A DNA stretch of 64,000 nucleotides from Nibricoccus sp. (GTDB lineage Bacteria > Verrucomicrobiota > Verrucomicrobiia > Opitutales > Opitutaceae): NCBI GenBank assembly GCA_047602425.1, contig JASGHG010000001.1, positions 2,496,001-2,560,000 on the forward strand, given 5' to 3'. Of this stretch, positions 30,970 through 41,028 are shown piece by piece. The number at the start of each line of letters is the position of its first letter. Within the stretch, counting starts at the first letter, position 1. The notes below the pieces were generated by a model, which saw only the letters and a program-made list of their open reading frames with translations, was not told the DNA's origin and did not search any database. The translations under genes and the position numbers were made by a program.

Positions 30970-31970
30970 CTGATGGCTGCTTGTGGGCTGGCCGGTTTCG
31001 CCTCGGTCTTTTTTGCGGTCGGCAACCAGACGGGCCAGAACAGTCCTTTCAAGTGAACAGCCAAGATGCCGAAGCGTCCGCTGATCAAACCTTGTTGGGC
31101 GGTTCCTTTGGCGGTATGGACTAGATCGAGGGCGAGTCGCAGCGGCAGTCTCAGCAGGAACGCAAATAACAAAACAAGGTTGCCGCACCAAGCGGCGAGA
31201 AAACCGCGGCGTTTGTGCAGGACCAGCATCGGGGACATGGACTCCATGATTCGCGGGGCGCGTCGCGTTTGATTCGAAGAGAAGCGATGGAGATGGATGA
31301 TCGTGGCTCCGGGGAAATAGACGATGCGCCAACCGGCCTGCTTGATGCGCCAGCACCACTCCTCGTCCTCGCCATACATGAAAAAGTCTTCATCGAAACC
31401 GCTGGTCGCGGCAATGACCTCACGACGAAGGACCATGTAGCAACCGGCAACGACATCGACATCGGTGGGCTCGGTGAATGCGCGACCCCAGTAGCGCCCG
31501 TAGTTGAGTCGTTCGTTGTTGACCGAGCCGAGTGGCAGCAAACGAGTCATGAACAGTTCCAGCGGATCGTTAAAGCGATAGCAGCTGGTTTGGAAAGTTC
31601 GATTGAGGAATTCGCAGCGGCAGCCCATGGCGCCGATTTTGGGCTGGTCGTCCATGAAACGCACGGAAGCAGCCAGCGCGTTTTCGAGCACCACCGTATC
31701 ATTGTTAAGCAGCAACACATAGCGACCTTCGGCAATTGCAAAGGCTTGGTTGTTGGCCGCCGCGAAACCGCGGTTCTGCTGATTCTGCACGATCCTAACC
31801 TGCGGGAAATCGCGTTGCACCACCGCCACGGACTCGTCGTGACTCGCATTATCCACGAGGATCACTTCGAAGGAAATGCCCTGTGGGGTACCGTAGATGG
31901 ACGCGAGGCAATTTCTCAGAACGGTCAGTCCATTCCAATTTACGATGACGATGGAGAGATCGAGGGACAT
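30966..31970 (-). CDS. GT2 family glycosyltransferase
   Basis: SIVIVNWN, VDNASHD, NRGFAAANN, LLNND and FDEDFFMYGED. Confidence 0.93.
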   Translation of the reverse strand: MSLDLSIVIVNWNGLTVLRNCLASIYGTPQGISFEVILVDNASHDESVAVVQRDFPQVRIVQNQQNRGFAAANNQAFAIAEGRYVLLLNNDTVVLENALAASVRFMDDQPKIGAMGCRCEFLNRTFQTSCYRFNDPLELFMTRLLPLGSVNNERLNYGRYWGRAFTEPTDVDVVAGCYMVLRREVIAATSGFDEDFFMYGEDEEWCWRIKQAGWRIVYFPGATIIHLHRFSSNQTRRAPRIMESMSPMLVLHKRRGFLAAWCGNLVLLFAFLLRLPLRLALDLVHTAKGTAQQGLISGRFGILAVHLKGLFWPVWLPTAKKTEAKPASPQAAIR

Positions 31971-32009
31971 TGAGGACGGAAGGAAAAGTGCGACGGGTTT
32001 TGTTGCGGG

Positions 32010-33077
32010 TCAGGCTTTGCGGCGGCGCCAGTTGATGAACGCCATTACGCTGCGGCTGAGCAAGCCTCCCGGATGGGAGTGAGGAGGAAGTTGGGTTACA
32101 TCCTTACCGCCGAAACCGCTTTTGAAGTGATAACCGCCCGGATTGGAGACCGGGTCAATACCGCCAAGATCGTATGCGTTCGCGCCTTGTTGCTTCAACC
32201 AGAGCATGGCCTGCCATTGCAGGAAATACGCGGCTTTCAGCTCGCGGGCTTTCTCGTCGGTCGCTCCGAGCAGGTAGATGGCCGTCGTTCCCATGAGAGA
32301 GCAAACGAGCGCCCCGATGGCTTGGCCGTCTTTCTTCGCCAAGAAGGTCTGCATCCGGGCCGAACCAATAAGAAGATCCTGCATCCGGCCAAATTCCTCG
32401 GGATCGACGGAAGTCTCGAACCGTTTGCGCTCCCACATCCCTTTGTAGAGTTTTAGAAATTCGCCATAGGCCGCCGGGCCATCGCTAACCTCGAGCACGA
32501 GGTCGTTTTTTTCCGAGCGGTTGAGCTGATTGCGCCATTTTTGATCGAGGGCTTTGCGCATGGCTTCGGGAGCCGGCGCAAGATCGACCACAACCGTTCG
32601 ATAGGAGGAAGTATTGAATTCCGGTGTGATGCCCGCGGCGGTCATGGCTTGGGCATATTCCACGGCTCGGGCTTCGTCGGCAAAGGCGTTGGCGATCACT
32701 TTGAGCGAAAGTCCACGACGCTGACCATATTCACGCTGGAGATGGACGAACATCGCGCGGACGACTGCGGCGTCGAGGGGTTGGCCCTTGCGTTGGCAAA
32801 GCGGTCCCCAGCGCAAATACGCCACGCCGGCCGGCAAGACCGGGACTCGGGCGATGCGGAGTTGCGCGGCGGCGATGACTTGCCCTTCGCGGCGGAGAAT
32901 GAGATGGCTCAGGTTTTGCGCGCCCCACCGAACCGCTCCATAGGCCCAGGATTGATAGATGCTGGCATCCTCGAATTGCTCAAGGATTGCGCTCCAGGAT
33001 TCCAATGTCTGTCCGTCGACCTGCACCTCGATGGTGCTGGCTTGGGATAAAGACGGGCTTACTGGCTGGGTCGGCAT
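32010..33077 (-). CDS. FemAB-like / GNAT aminoacyl- or acyl-transferase
   Basis: IYQSWAYG, LRWGP, LDQKWRNQL, LQWQAM and YDLGGIDPVSNPGGYHFKSGFGG. Alternative start at 33125. Confidence 0.85.
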   Translation of the reverse strand: MPTQPVSPSLSQASTIEVQVDGQTLESWSAILEQFEDASIYQSWAYGAVRWGAQNLSHLILRREGQVIAAAQLRIARVPVLPAGVAYLRWGPLCQRKGQPLDAAVVRAMFVHLQREYGQRRGLSLKVIANAFADEARAVEYAQAMTAAGITPEFNTSSYRTVVVDLAPAPEAMRKALDQKWRNQLNRSEKNDLVLEVSDGPAAYGEFLKLYKGMWERKRFETSVDPEEFGRMQDLLIGSARMQTFLAKKDGQAIGALVCSLMGTTAIYLLGATDEKARELKAAYFLQWQAMLWLKQQGANAYDLGGIDPVSNPGGYHFKSGFGGKDVTQLPPHSHPGGLLSRSVMAFINWRRRKA

Positions 33078-33093
33078 TTTTCGAGAAGAGAGG

Positions 33094-33753
33094 TCAGCGG
33101 AGTCGTTTGATGAACTTGCGGGCATTAATCAGCATTTGGGTGCGCAAGCCCGGACCTTTTTGCACAAGTTTGCGAATGGCATCGAGCGACATCGAGCGGG
33201 TGATAGTGGTGCGGGCTTGCAGCCATTGACGCGGCGAGGCGGTTCCACCGTCGCTGGTGAAAACCTTCTGGTAGCCGGCTTGGCGTAGTCCGCTTAACAC
33301 GCGACGATCGTAGGAACCGAAAGGACATGCGGCGCTTTGGATGGATTTGCCGCAGACGTGTTCGAGGGTCTCTTTGCTTTGCGCGAGTTCCTTGTGCAGT
33401 TCGTCCGCAGTTGTTCGCCGCCAGGGAACGTGATTAATTCCGTGGCTGCCGATCTCCATGCCCGCAATTTGTAGTTCAATGACTTGGTTCGGCTTTAAAA
33501 AGGTGGACTGGTCGAGGCGACCGGAACAAATGAAGAAGGTCGCCTTGAGGCCGCGTTTTTGGAGCGCAGGCAAGGCAAGTTCCAGATCGGAAACATTGCC
33601 ATCGTCGAAGGTCAGTTGGATGTGGGATTGTCCGCGCACGAGGTTAAGCACCGTTTCAAAAAATCCCTGGTCCAGCCAGCAGTTGAATTCGCCGGCGTCG
33701 ATCTCGCGCGTGACCGGTCCGACACCGTGGAAATTCAAGATCAGGGGAGACAT
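33094..33753 (-). CDS. Polysaccharide deacetylase family protein
   Basis: LNFHGV, LTFDDG, ATFFI, EIGSHGINH and CPFG. Confidence 0.9.
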   Translation of the reverse strand: MSPLILNFHGVGPVTREIDAGEFNCWLDQGFFETVLNLVRGQSHIQLTFDDGNVSDLELALPALQKRGLKATFFICSGRLDQSTFLKPNQVIELQIAGMEIGSHGINHVPWRRTTADELHKELAQSKETLEHVCGKSIQSAACPFGSYDRRVLSGLRQAGYQKVFTSDGGTASPRQWLQARTTITRSMSLDAIRKLVQKGPGLRTQMLINARKFIKRLR

Positions 33754-33796
33754 GGACGAAAGCGTGGCGTGTGTGATGGGTCTGCCGTGATCGCTT

Positions 33797-34672
33797 TCAA
33801 CGGGCGAGGCGAAACAATTTCAGCATGCGTTGTTTTTGTTCGCGATGCAGGAATTTCAACAGCGGGGCCGGCACGTGGCGTTTGCGTTGCCGCAGCAGGG
33901 CGGAGCAATAACCCAGCCACCAGATCAGGCTGCCGAAAAGAAATGGACGCGTGCGGATGCGCGTCAGGCATTTCATGAGTTCGAAAAGCGGATGGTAACC
34001 TATCGCGTAGTCGCGCACTCCAAATTGCCAAAGGCGACGAATCAGCCCTCCCTCGGCGATATTGCGTGGTTTCAAATGATCCATCATCACGTGGGTCAAT
34101 AACCGGGTCTCGTAACCAAGCATGCGTGCACGGGCGCAGGTGAGGGCGTCCCAACCACCTTCGGGAATTGCGACTAGTCCGCCGAGTTCCTCGAAGCAGG
34201 ATCTCCTGAAAAACTGTGCAGCGCCGGGAATGTCTTCGCGGTTTCGCGGAAGTCGATCCTTCGGCGTTCCGATGTCGATCACCACGCCGCCCGTCATGCC
34301 GAGGCGCGGTGACGCTTCGCAGGCTTCGAGTACTTTTTCGAAATAGTCGGGTGCGAAGCGAACGTCGGAATCAAGCAGGCCGATATATTGATAATCCTGG
34401 GTTGTGAGTGTTTTGACGCCGAGTTCCGTGGCGCGGACGACCGCCGCGAAATTTCGTTCCTTGGTGGGAGGCAACGCCAGGAGACGAATCCAAGGATGGG
34501 CGGCGGCGGCGGTGGCGACAATCTCATTGGTGCGGTCCGTGGATCCATCGCTGACGACAATCCATTCGGCCGGGCGTACCGTTTGATTTATCACGGATTC
34601 CAACGTTTCTCCAATCAGCCGCTCTTCGTTTTTGGCCGGGGTGATCAGTACGTAATTGGGATGTTTTTTCAT
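33797..34672 (-). CDS. GT2 family glycosyltransferase
   Basis: ITPAKNEE, VSDGSTD, LDSD and GGWD. Confidence 0.92.
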   Translation of the reverse strand: MKKHPNYVLITPAKNEERLIGETLESVINQTVRPAEWIVVSDGSTDRTNEIVATAAAAHPWIRLLALPPTKERNFAAVVRATELGVKTLTTQDYQYIGLLDSDVRFAPDYFEKVLEACEASPRLGMTGGVVIDIGTPKDRLPRNREDIPGAAQFFRRSCFEELGGLVAIPEGGWDALTCARARMLGYETRLLTHVMMDHLKPRNIAEGGLIRRLWQFGVRDYAIGYHPLFELMKCLTRIRTRPFLFGSLIWWLGYCSALLRQRKRHVPAPLLKFLHREQKQRMLKLFRLAR

Positions 34673-34678
34673 GCCGGA

Positions 34679-35536
34679 TCAGCGCCGTCTCAGCTTTTTG
34701 GATACGAGTTGGAAAAGGGAAATCCAATCGTAGGCGCCGGTAAGCTTGGCTTCGAGCAGAGCGCGGTCGTCGGCGTTGTTCACCGGAAGCCGTTTCAGCT
34801 GGAGCAGGTCATCGCCCGGTCTTGCCTGGCCGACGGCGGTGGTCACGCAATTTTCATAGCCGGTCTGCACGAGAGTCTCGCAAAAACGCCGGGCGAAGGC
34901 GACCCTGGCTTGTGGAAAGGCGAAAGGGTAGGCGAAGCTGTGAACCGGCTGTCCCAGTTGCGCTTCAATGGTCGAACGGGATTCGCGCAACTCCGCGGCG
35001 ATCTCGGGCCAGTCGAGGTCCACCAACTTGGGATGGGTGACCGTATGGGAGCCGAACTCCATTCCGGCTTGGTGGAGCTCCTTGACCTCGGTCCAGGTCA
35101 GGCATTCGCGGGACTTGAACGATTTGCGTTCGTCCGCGACGTATCCGGTGGCTAAATACATGGTGGCGGTGAAGCCGAACCTCTTCAAGGAGGGAAACGC
35201 CTCCGTATGGAAATCGCGAAAACCGTCATCGAACGTGATGGCGACGGGCCGGGGCCCGGCCGGCGAATTTCCGGCCAGGAAAGAAAGTCCTTCCTGAAGC
35301 GATACGCCCCGGTATCCGGCGTCTGCCAGCCATTGCATTTGTTCGGCAAACCGTTTCGGGGCCGTGCAGACTTTGTAGTAGGGCGAGAAATCGTGTTCCG
35401 GGTCATCCGAAATGCTGTGATACATCAGGATGGGCAGAAGCCGCGTCTTTGCGGGGGTTCGCAAAAAGCCCCGCAGCCGCACAACCGGCTTCGCGAGGCC
35501 AAGGGTAATCAGACGATCTGGACGAAGCGTGGACAA
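34679..35536 (-). CDS. Polysaccharide deacetylase family protein
   Basis: PILMYHSI, ITFDDG, EFGSHTVTH and FAYPF; TTG start. Confidence 0.92.
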   Translation of the reverse strand: MSTLRPDRLITLGLAKPVVRLRGFLRTPAKTRLLPILMYHSISDDPEHDFSPYYKVCTAPKRFAEQMQWLADAGYRGVSLQEGLSFLAGNSPAGPRPVAITFDDGFRDFHTEAFPSLKRFGFTATMYLATGYVADERKSFKSRECLTWTEVKELHQAGMEFGSHTVTHPKLVDLDWPEIAAELRESRSTIEAQLGQPVHSFAYPFAFPQARVAFARRFCETLVQTGYENCVTTAVGQARPGDDLLQLKRLPVNNADDRALLEAKLTGAYDWISLFQLVSKKLRRR

Positions 35537-35647
35537 TTAAACCTAAAGAAAAATTGGTTTGTGCGAGAATGCTGGGTTGTGCCTCCACCGGCGAAACGGA
35601 GCGGGGGCGCCGGCGTTCACCGGGTCGATGTTCGACGATGCCCCGGC

Positions 35648-37930
35648 CTAGCCTTCGCCAAGGGCGTCGTTGTTCAGAATTTTTGGAACGTAGGTCTTGG
35701 TTTTGTTCAAGACGATGCCGACGGGCGATTTCGATTCGGTCAGCATGTTGCAAGCTTTGGCGGTGGCATCGCGATCGGCTTTTTCCGCTTCGACGACCAT
35801 CAGCATCATATCCATGAAATTCGCCAGTCTGGGCGTGATGCTGATCTGGTTCACTGGCGGCATATCGAAAATAATATAATCGAAGTCGCTCGCCTTGAGT
35901 TTGGGTATGAGCTGGTTGAACCGTTGCGGCATGCCTTTGGCCAGACGTTCGCTGTTTGAATCCTCAGACACGACGTAGAGGTTGGTGTTGACCAGGGCGG
36001 AATCCTTCGTTTCCAGCATTTGTTCAAGGCCGACTCGTGCGCTTCCTTTGTGGAAATGCTGTGCGGAACCCTGGCCTTTGGTCATATCGACAAGAAGCAC
36101 ATTTCCCTCGCCAGTTTCGGAAAAGCTGCGGGCAAGTCCGGCGGCGATCGTGGTGATGCCGCTATTTTTCCCGAGGCCCGTGACTGCGACGAGCTTGGGC
36201 TTGTGCCGCACGTCGAGGGTGTCGAAGTAGTTAATCAGCCGGTCCCGCAGTGTTTCATAAAACGGACTGAGGGCTGGCTCGTCTCCATTGGCGCGAACGG
36301 CGAGCGTGGCGGGAGGCGTTTCTGACGACCCCGCTTTGCCGGAGGGCGGAAGCAAAAGTTTGGTGGTGGCACCTCCGACAAGGCTGACTCCTTTCGCCTT
36401 CATCCTGGGGATTGAGAGGAAAAGAGGAAGTTTGAGCGTGCGCTCAATGTCGGAGGAGCGGCGGATGGAACGGTCGATAAACAATTCGATCAAGAAGGCC
36501 CAACCAAGACCTATCGCTATGCCACCGCCGGCGAGGCCGGCCAGAATCTTGGATTTCTTTTTCCAGTCCTTAAAGGGGCGGGTGGGGGCCTCGATCATGC
36601 TGATGTTGGAAACCCGTCCGCTGCCGAGGGTCTCCTTGATGCGAGCCTGTTCAAGGCTGTCGGAATAGTAGCGGTAATTGGCTTCCTCGCGATCCCGGCG
36701 GCGGCGCAATTCGAGGATCGATGTTTCAAACTGGTCGACTTTTGCGGCTTCGGTCCGAACGGCTTCAAGCTGGTTGTTCAGCTCGTTGATCCGTGACTGA
36801 AGGGCGACGATCTGGGCGGCTTCGGCGTTCGGATCGTACGTGTTGGCTGACACCGTGGCCGGCGACGCCGTTCCGGAGGATGTCCGGAGCAGGGCGGGAT
36901 AGTCGGCTTCGAGCTTTTTGCGCCGCTCCTCGAGCTCGGCCTGCTGGGCGCGGACTTCTTGGACCATGGAGCTTTGTTCGGTATAGTTCGCGCGGAGAGC
37001 CTCCTCACGCTGGCGAAGCGAGGCGAGCAGGGCCAAGGTTTTTTGGTGTGCCTCGACTTGGTCGGCGGGGACGGTCTGGGGCTTCCACTCGGAGGCGGGC
37101 GTGGTACTGTCCTTGGTCAGTTCCTTGAGGATGGATGTGCGCTGGGCGAGGTCGGCTTTGAGATCGTTGATCTGCTGGCGGAGGCGGGCGGCCTGGTCGG
37201 CGAGGGTTTTCTTGGATTCTTCCAGCGAGATGACGCCGGCTTTTTTCATGGCTTGCCGTAATTCCTCCTCGGTCTGGTTCAGGCGTGCGCGAAGCTGGTC
37301 TGTTTCCTGCGAGAGGAAATCGCCCACGATGCCGACAGCTTGGTGGATGGAGACGTGTTTTTTAAGATAGCTGCCAATGATTTCCCGCAGCACGTTCTGG
37401 GTGACAGTGGGATTGGTGTGGCGGTAGACGAGACGTATGACGCTGCTTTTGGGTGGAACCTCGGTGGTTAGACCGTTGTTCACGACAAAGGCGGCGACGG
37501 CGACGGGATCGCCATTCACAGGACCGGAAATAATTTTATCCGCGCCGACGGCTCGCACGACCTCCTCGGCGAGATCCATGCTGTTCAGAATTTCCAGTTC
37601 GGACGTAATGATGGTTTCGCCGCGCTGGTCGGGAGATTTGATGACAGTGTCGTCGCGTCCCGGCCCGGTGGTTTTGCCGTCCTCGGAAACGACATAGCGG
37701 ATGAAAAGCTTCGCCTCCGATTGGAAAGGCGGTGGGCTCATCGTGTACATTGCCGCCGCGAGTCCAAAGCCCAACAACGAGCACAGGATGATTTTCCACT
37801 TATGGCGGAACAGCGTGTAATAGATATCCCCGATGCTCAGGCTCAACCCTGACTGTGGCGCGGCGCCGGGTCGGATCGACGAAGGGGTGCGGTTGACGAG
37901 ACGAGGTTCGGGTGAAGTAGAAGTGGGCAC
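35648..37930 (-). CDS. wzc: Wzc/GumC-like polysaccharide co-polymerase with a degenerate tyrosine-kinase domain
   Basis: TM, coiled-coil, TM layout, then VAVTG...LLVD...IIFDMPP...GIVLNK; GTG start. Confidence 0.85.
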   Translation of the reverse strand: MPTSTSPEPRLVNRTPSSIRPGAAPQSGLSLSIGDIYYTLFRHKWKIILCSLLGFGLAAAMYTMSPPPFQSEAKLFIRYVVSEDGKTTGPGRDDTVIKSPDQRGETIITSELEILNSMDLAEEVVRAVGADKIISGPVNGDPVAVAAFVVNNGLTTEVPPKSSVIRLVYRHTNPTVTQNVLREIIGSYLKKHVSIHQAVGIVGDFLSQETDQLRARLNQTEEELRQAMKKAGVISLEESKKTLADQAARLRQQINDLKADLAQRTSILKELTKDSTTPASEWKPQTVPADQVEAHQKTLALLASLRQREEALRANYTEQSSMVQEVRAQQAELEERRKKLEADYPALLRTSSGTASPATVSANTYDPNAEAAQIVALQSRINELNNQLEAVRTEAAKVDQFETSILELRRRRDREEANYRYYSDSLEQARIKETLGSGRVSNISMIEAPTRPFKDWKKKSKILAGLAGGGIAIGLGWAFLIELFIDRSIRRSSDIERTLKLPLFLSIPRMKAKGVSLVGGATTKLLLPPSGKAGSSETPPATLAVRANGDEPALSPFYETLRDRLINYFDTLDVRHKPKLVAVTGLGKNSGITTIAAGLARSFSETGEGNVLLVDMTKGQGSAQHFHKGSARVGLEQMLETKDSALVNTNLYVVSEDSNSERLAKGMPQRFNQLIPKLKASDFDYIIFDMPPVNQISITPRLANFMDMMLMVVEAEKADRDATAKACNMLTESKSPVGIVLNKTKTYVPKILNNDALGEG

Positions 37931-38135
37931 GGTGGAGGGGGATGCAGGTTAGGGGCAGCGTTGGCGCCGATGCATCTTTGGCGGGTTATGTCAGGCAGTT
38001 TGGCGGTAGGAAAAGGCTTGGCGCGCATGTGGCGCCAGAGCAGCCTCGGTTCCTCCCGATGTCGGGTCCATTTTGTTGTGGGTTAATGTCACCTTGGCTT
38101 GGAGCATACCACATTTTCAAAATCTTGCGATTGGC

Positions 38136-38147
38136 TACGCTGCCGCC
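38136..38147 (-). promoter_or_regulatory. ops-like element GGCGGCAGCGTA
   Basis: Matches 10/12 of enterobacterial ops (GGCGGTAGCGTG), on the sense strand in the intergenic region upstream of wzc. Confidence 0.45.
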
Positions 38148-38286
38148 AAGCCCGAATTCTTTGCCGATGGGTTCGGAAATCGGGTGAGTTTGCACTCCGT
38201 GAAAGGTCTTTGGGGCCTCCATTCAGCCCCGATAAAACTCGAAATTCTGAAAAAGAGGCCAACCGCTAACCGGCGACGCCGGATAA

Positions 38287-39402
38287 TCAGCTTCCAAGAA
38301 CCGCTTTCAAGGCGGAGGCCACCGCGTCGGTTTGCTGGTCGGTGAGCTCCGGGTACATCGGAAGCGAGAGGAAGGTATCGCCGCAGGATTCGCTGACGGG
38401 GAAATCGCCCTTTTTGTAGCCGAGGTGGGCGTAGGCTTCCTGAAGGTGTACGGGGACCGGGTAATGAATGCCGCAACTGATGCCGCGTTCGCCCATGGCC
38501 TTGAGGACCTCGTCGCGATTTTGCAGACGAAGAGCGTAGACGTGGTAAATATGGTGGCGACCGGGCAGTTCGACCGGAAGCGTGAGGCCTTTGACGCCAG
38601 CAAGGAGCTGGTTGTAGCGGGCGGCGGCGCGACGGCGCCCGTCGTTGGCCTTGTCGAGATACTTCAATTTAACGCGAAGGACGGCGGCTTGCAGGCCGTC
38701 CATGCGCCCATTCCAACCAATGACGTCGTGGTAATATTTCTTTTTCTGACCGTGCTCACGGAGCATTTTCATGCGGTCGGCGAGGGCAGCGTCATCCGTG
38801 GTGACGGCGCCGGCTTCGCCCCACGCACCAAGGTTCTTGCCGGGATAGAAACTGAAGGAACCGGCTGCGCCGATCGTGCCAGCCTTGCGGCCCTTGTAGA
38901 GGGCACCCTGGGCTTGGGCGGCGTCCTCGATCACATGCAAATTATGCTTTTTTGCGATGGCGAGGATCGGGTCCATGTCGGCGCACTGGCCGAAGAGGTG
39001 CACGGGCATGATGGCCTTCGTGCGGGGAGTGACGGCAGCCTCGATCTTGGCGGTATCGAGCGTATAGGAAACGGGATCGATGTCGACGAAGACGGGCTTG
39101 GCGCCGGAGTAGCTGATGGCTTCGGCCGTGGCCATGAACGTCATGGGCGCGGTGATGACCTCGTCGCCTTGGCCGATGCCGAGGGCAAGGAGCGCAAACC
39201 ACAGGGTATCGGTGCCATTGCCGGCACCGACGCAGAACTTGGAGCCGCAATATTTCGCGTAGTCCTCCTCGAACTTGGCGACAAACGGACCGCCAGCGAA
39301 GGCGTTGGTATCGATGACCTCGTTCATCGCGGCCATGACTTCGGCGCGGATCGGGTCGTGATGAGCTTTGAGATCGAGGAACGGAACTTTAACGTTTTGC
39401 AT
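38287..39402 (-). CDS. DegT/DnrJ/EryC1/StrS aminotransferase (WbpE-like)
   Basis: [41 protein letters not shown] and SLPMYP. Confidence 0.93.
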   Translation of the reverse strand: MQNVKVPFLDLKAHHDPIRAEVMAAMNEVIDTNAFAGGPFVAKFEEDYAKYCGSKFCVGAGNGTDTLWFALLALGIGQGDEVITAPMTFMATAEAISYSGAKPVFVDIDPVSYTLDTAKIEAAVTPRTKAIMPVHLFGQCADMDPILAIAKKHNLHVIEDAAQAQGALYKGRKAGTIGAAGSFSFYPGKNLGAWGEAGAVTTDDAALADRMKMLREHGQKKKYYHDVIGWNGRMDGLQAAVLRVKLKYLDKANDGRRRAAARYNQLLAGVKGLTLPVELPGRHHIYHVYALRLQNRDEVLKAMGERGISCGIHYPVPVHLQEAYAHLGYKKGDFPVSESCGDTFLSLPMYPELTDQQTDAVASALKAVLGS

Positions 39403-39886
39403 CGAGAGTTTTGATTACGCGCGCGGGATTGCCAACAACGACGGCGTTGGCCGGGACATCCTTGGTGACAACACTTCCGGCACCGATCAACGCATTTTCG
39501 CCAATCGTTATGCCGCAGAGGATGGTTGCGTTGGAACCGATTGAGGCGCCGCGTTTGATGAGCGTTTTAATGCAGGTCCAGTCGGCCTCCGTCTGGAGTT
39601 TGCCGCCGGCGGCGGTGGCCCGGGGAAAAAGATCGTTGGTGAACATCACGCCGTGGCCGACAAAAACCTCGTCTTCAATCTCAACGCCTTCGCAGATGAA
39701 ACTGTGGCTGGAGATCTTGCAGCGGCGGCCGATTTTCGAGCCTTTTTGAACCTCCACGAACGTGCCGATCTTGGTTTCGTCGCCAATTTCGCAGCCATAG
39801 AGATTGGTGAAGGCGAAGATTTTAACGTCTTTGCCGAGCTTGACGGAGGGCGCTATCAACTGGTTGGGCGTCGATGGTTGGCTCAT
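39389..39886 (-). CDS. Hexapeptide-repeat sugar N-acetyltransferase (WbpD-like)
   Basis: LbH repeats, [21 protein letters not shown] and VTKDVP...GNPAR. Confidence 0.92.
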   Translation of the reverse strand: MSQPSTPNQLIAPSVKLGKDVKIFAFTNLYGCEIGDETKIGTFVEVQKGSKIGRRCKISSHSFICEGVEIEDEVFVGHGVMFTNDLFPRATAAGGKLQTEADWTCIKTLIKRGASIGSNATILCGITIGENALIGAGSVVTKDVPANAVVVGNPARVIKTLDAKR

Positions 39887-39940
39887 GGCAATAAACGTGT
39901 ATTACCTTTCGGTCGATGCACAGAAGGCTGGCAATGCGGC

Positions 39941-40987
39941 TTAGCGGGCCGCAACCAATTTTTCAGCCGGCGCGAATTCCACTGCGGCGCCACCCAGCTT
40001 GAGGGACTCGGAAGAAGCCTCAAGGATGCGAACGACCTCCAGGCCTTTTTGTCCGCTGGTGATCGGCGTAGTACCATTCTTGATACAATCGAGGAAGTGC
40101 TGACACTCGGTTTTGAGCGGTTCGTCCTGCTTGATGTACGGGGCGTAAATGTCGCCATAATGATAGGCGTAGTGAAATTCGGCGAAAGTATCGTAGTGGG
40201 GCGGACGTTCGACGCGGGCGTCGAAGATCTTGATTTTTTCCTGCGGCATCAGGTCATCGTAAACAATCATGCGCTTGCTACCCACGATGGTCATTTCACG
40301 AACCTTGCGCGGATCAAGCCAGCTGCTCTGAATGATGGCGGAACGCTCTTTCGAGAATTGCAGGTACATCGTGGTAACATCCTCGATGCCGCGGGTGACG
40401 TGCGCGGTGCCGTTGCAATTGATGGTCTTGGGTTGTTCGCCCAGGATGTAGAGAATGACAGAGATGTCGTGCGGCGCGAGATCCCAAGCGACGTTGATGT
40501 CTTTTTGGAAGAGGCCGAGATTGAGGCGGCGGGCACTGATGTAGCGGATTTCGCCGATGTCGCCGGAATCGACGATTTCTTTGATCTTACGAACGGGCGG
40601 CGAATAGAGGAAAGTGTGGCCAACCATTAGGATCACGCCTTTGGCCTTGGCGATATCGATGAGCTCCTCGCATTCCGCGGTCGAGGCGGCGAGGGGCTTT
40701 TCGATCATAACGTGTTTGCCGGCGTTCAGCGCGGCCTTGGCCATTGGATAGTGAAAGCGAACGGAAGTGGCGATGACGATGGCATCGTGGTTGTTGCCCT
40801 CGAGCATGCGATCGTAGTTGGTCTCGCAGCCAACTTCGGGGTAAAGACCCTTGAGGTGCTTCAAACGCGCCTCGCTGATGTCGCACATCGTCTTGAGCTG
40901 GCAGTCTTGGAGCGAACGGAAGTTACGAATAAGGTTTGGGCCCCAGTAGCCGCAACCGACGACGCCGAGCTTTATGCCAGTCTTCAT
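39941..40987 (-). CDS. Gfo/Idh/MocA oxidoreductase (WbpB-like sugar 3-dehydrogenase)
   Basis: GCGYWGPN, EKP, GHTF and DLAPHD. Confidence 0.92.
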   Translation of the reverse strand: MKTGIKLGVVGCGYWGPNLIRNFRSLQDCQLKTMCDISEARLKHLKGLYPEVGCETNYDRMLEGNNHDAIVIATSVRFHYPMAKAALNAGKHVMIEKPLAASTAECEELIDIAKAKGVILMVGHTFLYSPPVRKIKEIVDSGDIGEIRYISARRLNLGLFQKDINVAWDLAPHDISVILYILGEQPKTINCNGTAHVTRGIEDVTTMYLQFSKERSAIIQSSWLDPRKVREMTIVGSKRMIVYDDLMPQEKIKIFDARVERPPHYDTFAEFHYAYHYGDIYAPYIKQDEPLKTECQHFLDCIKNGTTPITSGQKGLEVVRILEASSESLKLGGAAVEFAPAEKLVAAR

Positions 40988-41028
40988 GTAGTAGTATTAA
41001 GAGTTAGTTGAAAAAAGGAGAGGACGGA

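Noticed and set aside
38002..38009. Exact ops core GGCGGTAG
   Set aside because: It is on the plus strand, opposite to transcription of the locus, and ops is orientation-dependent.
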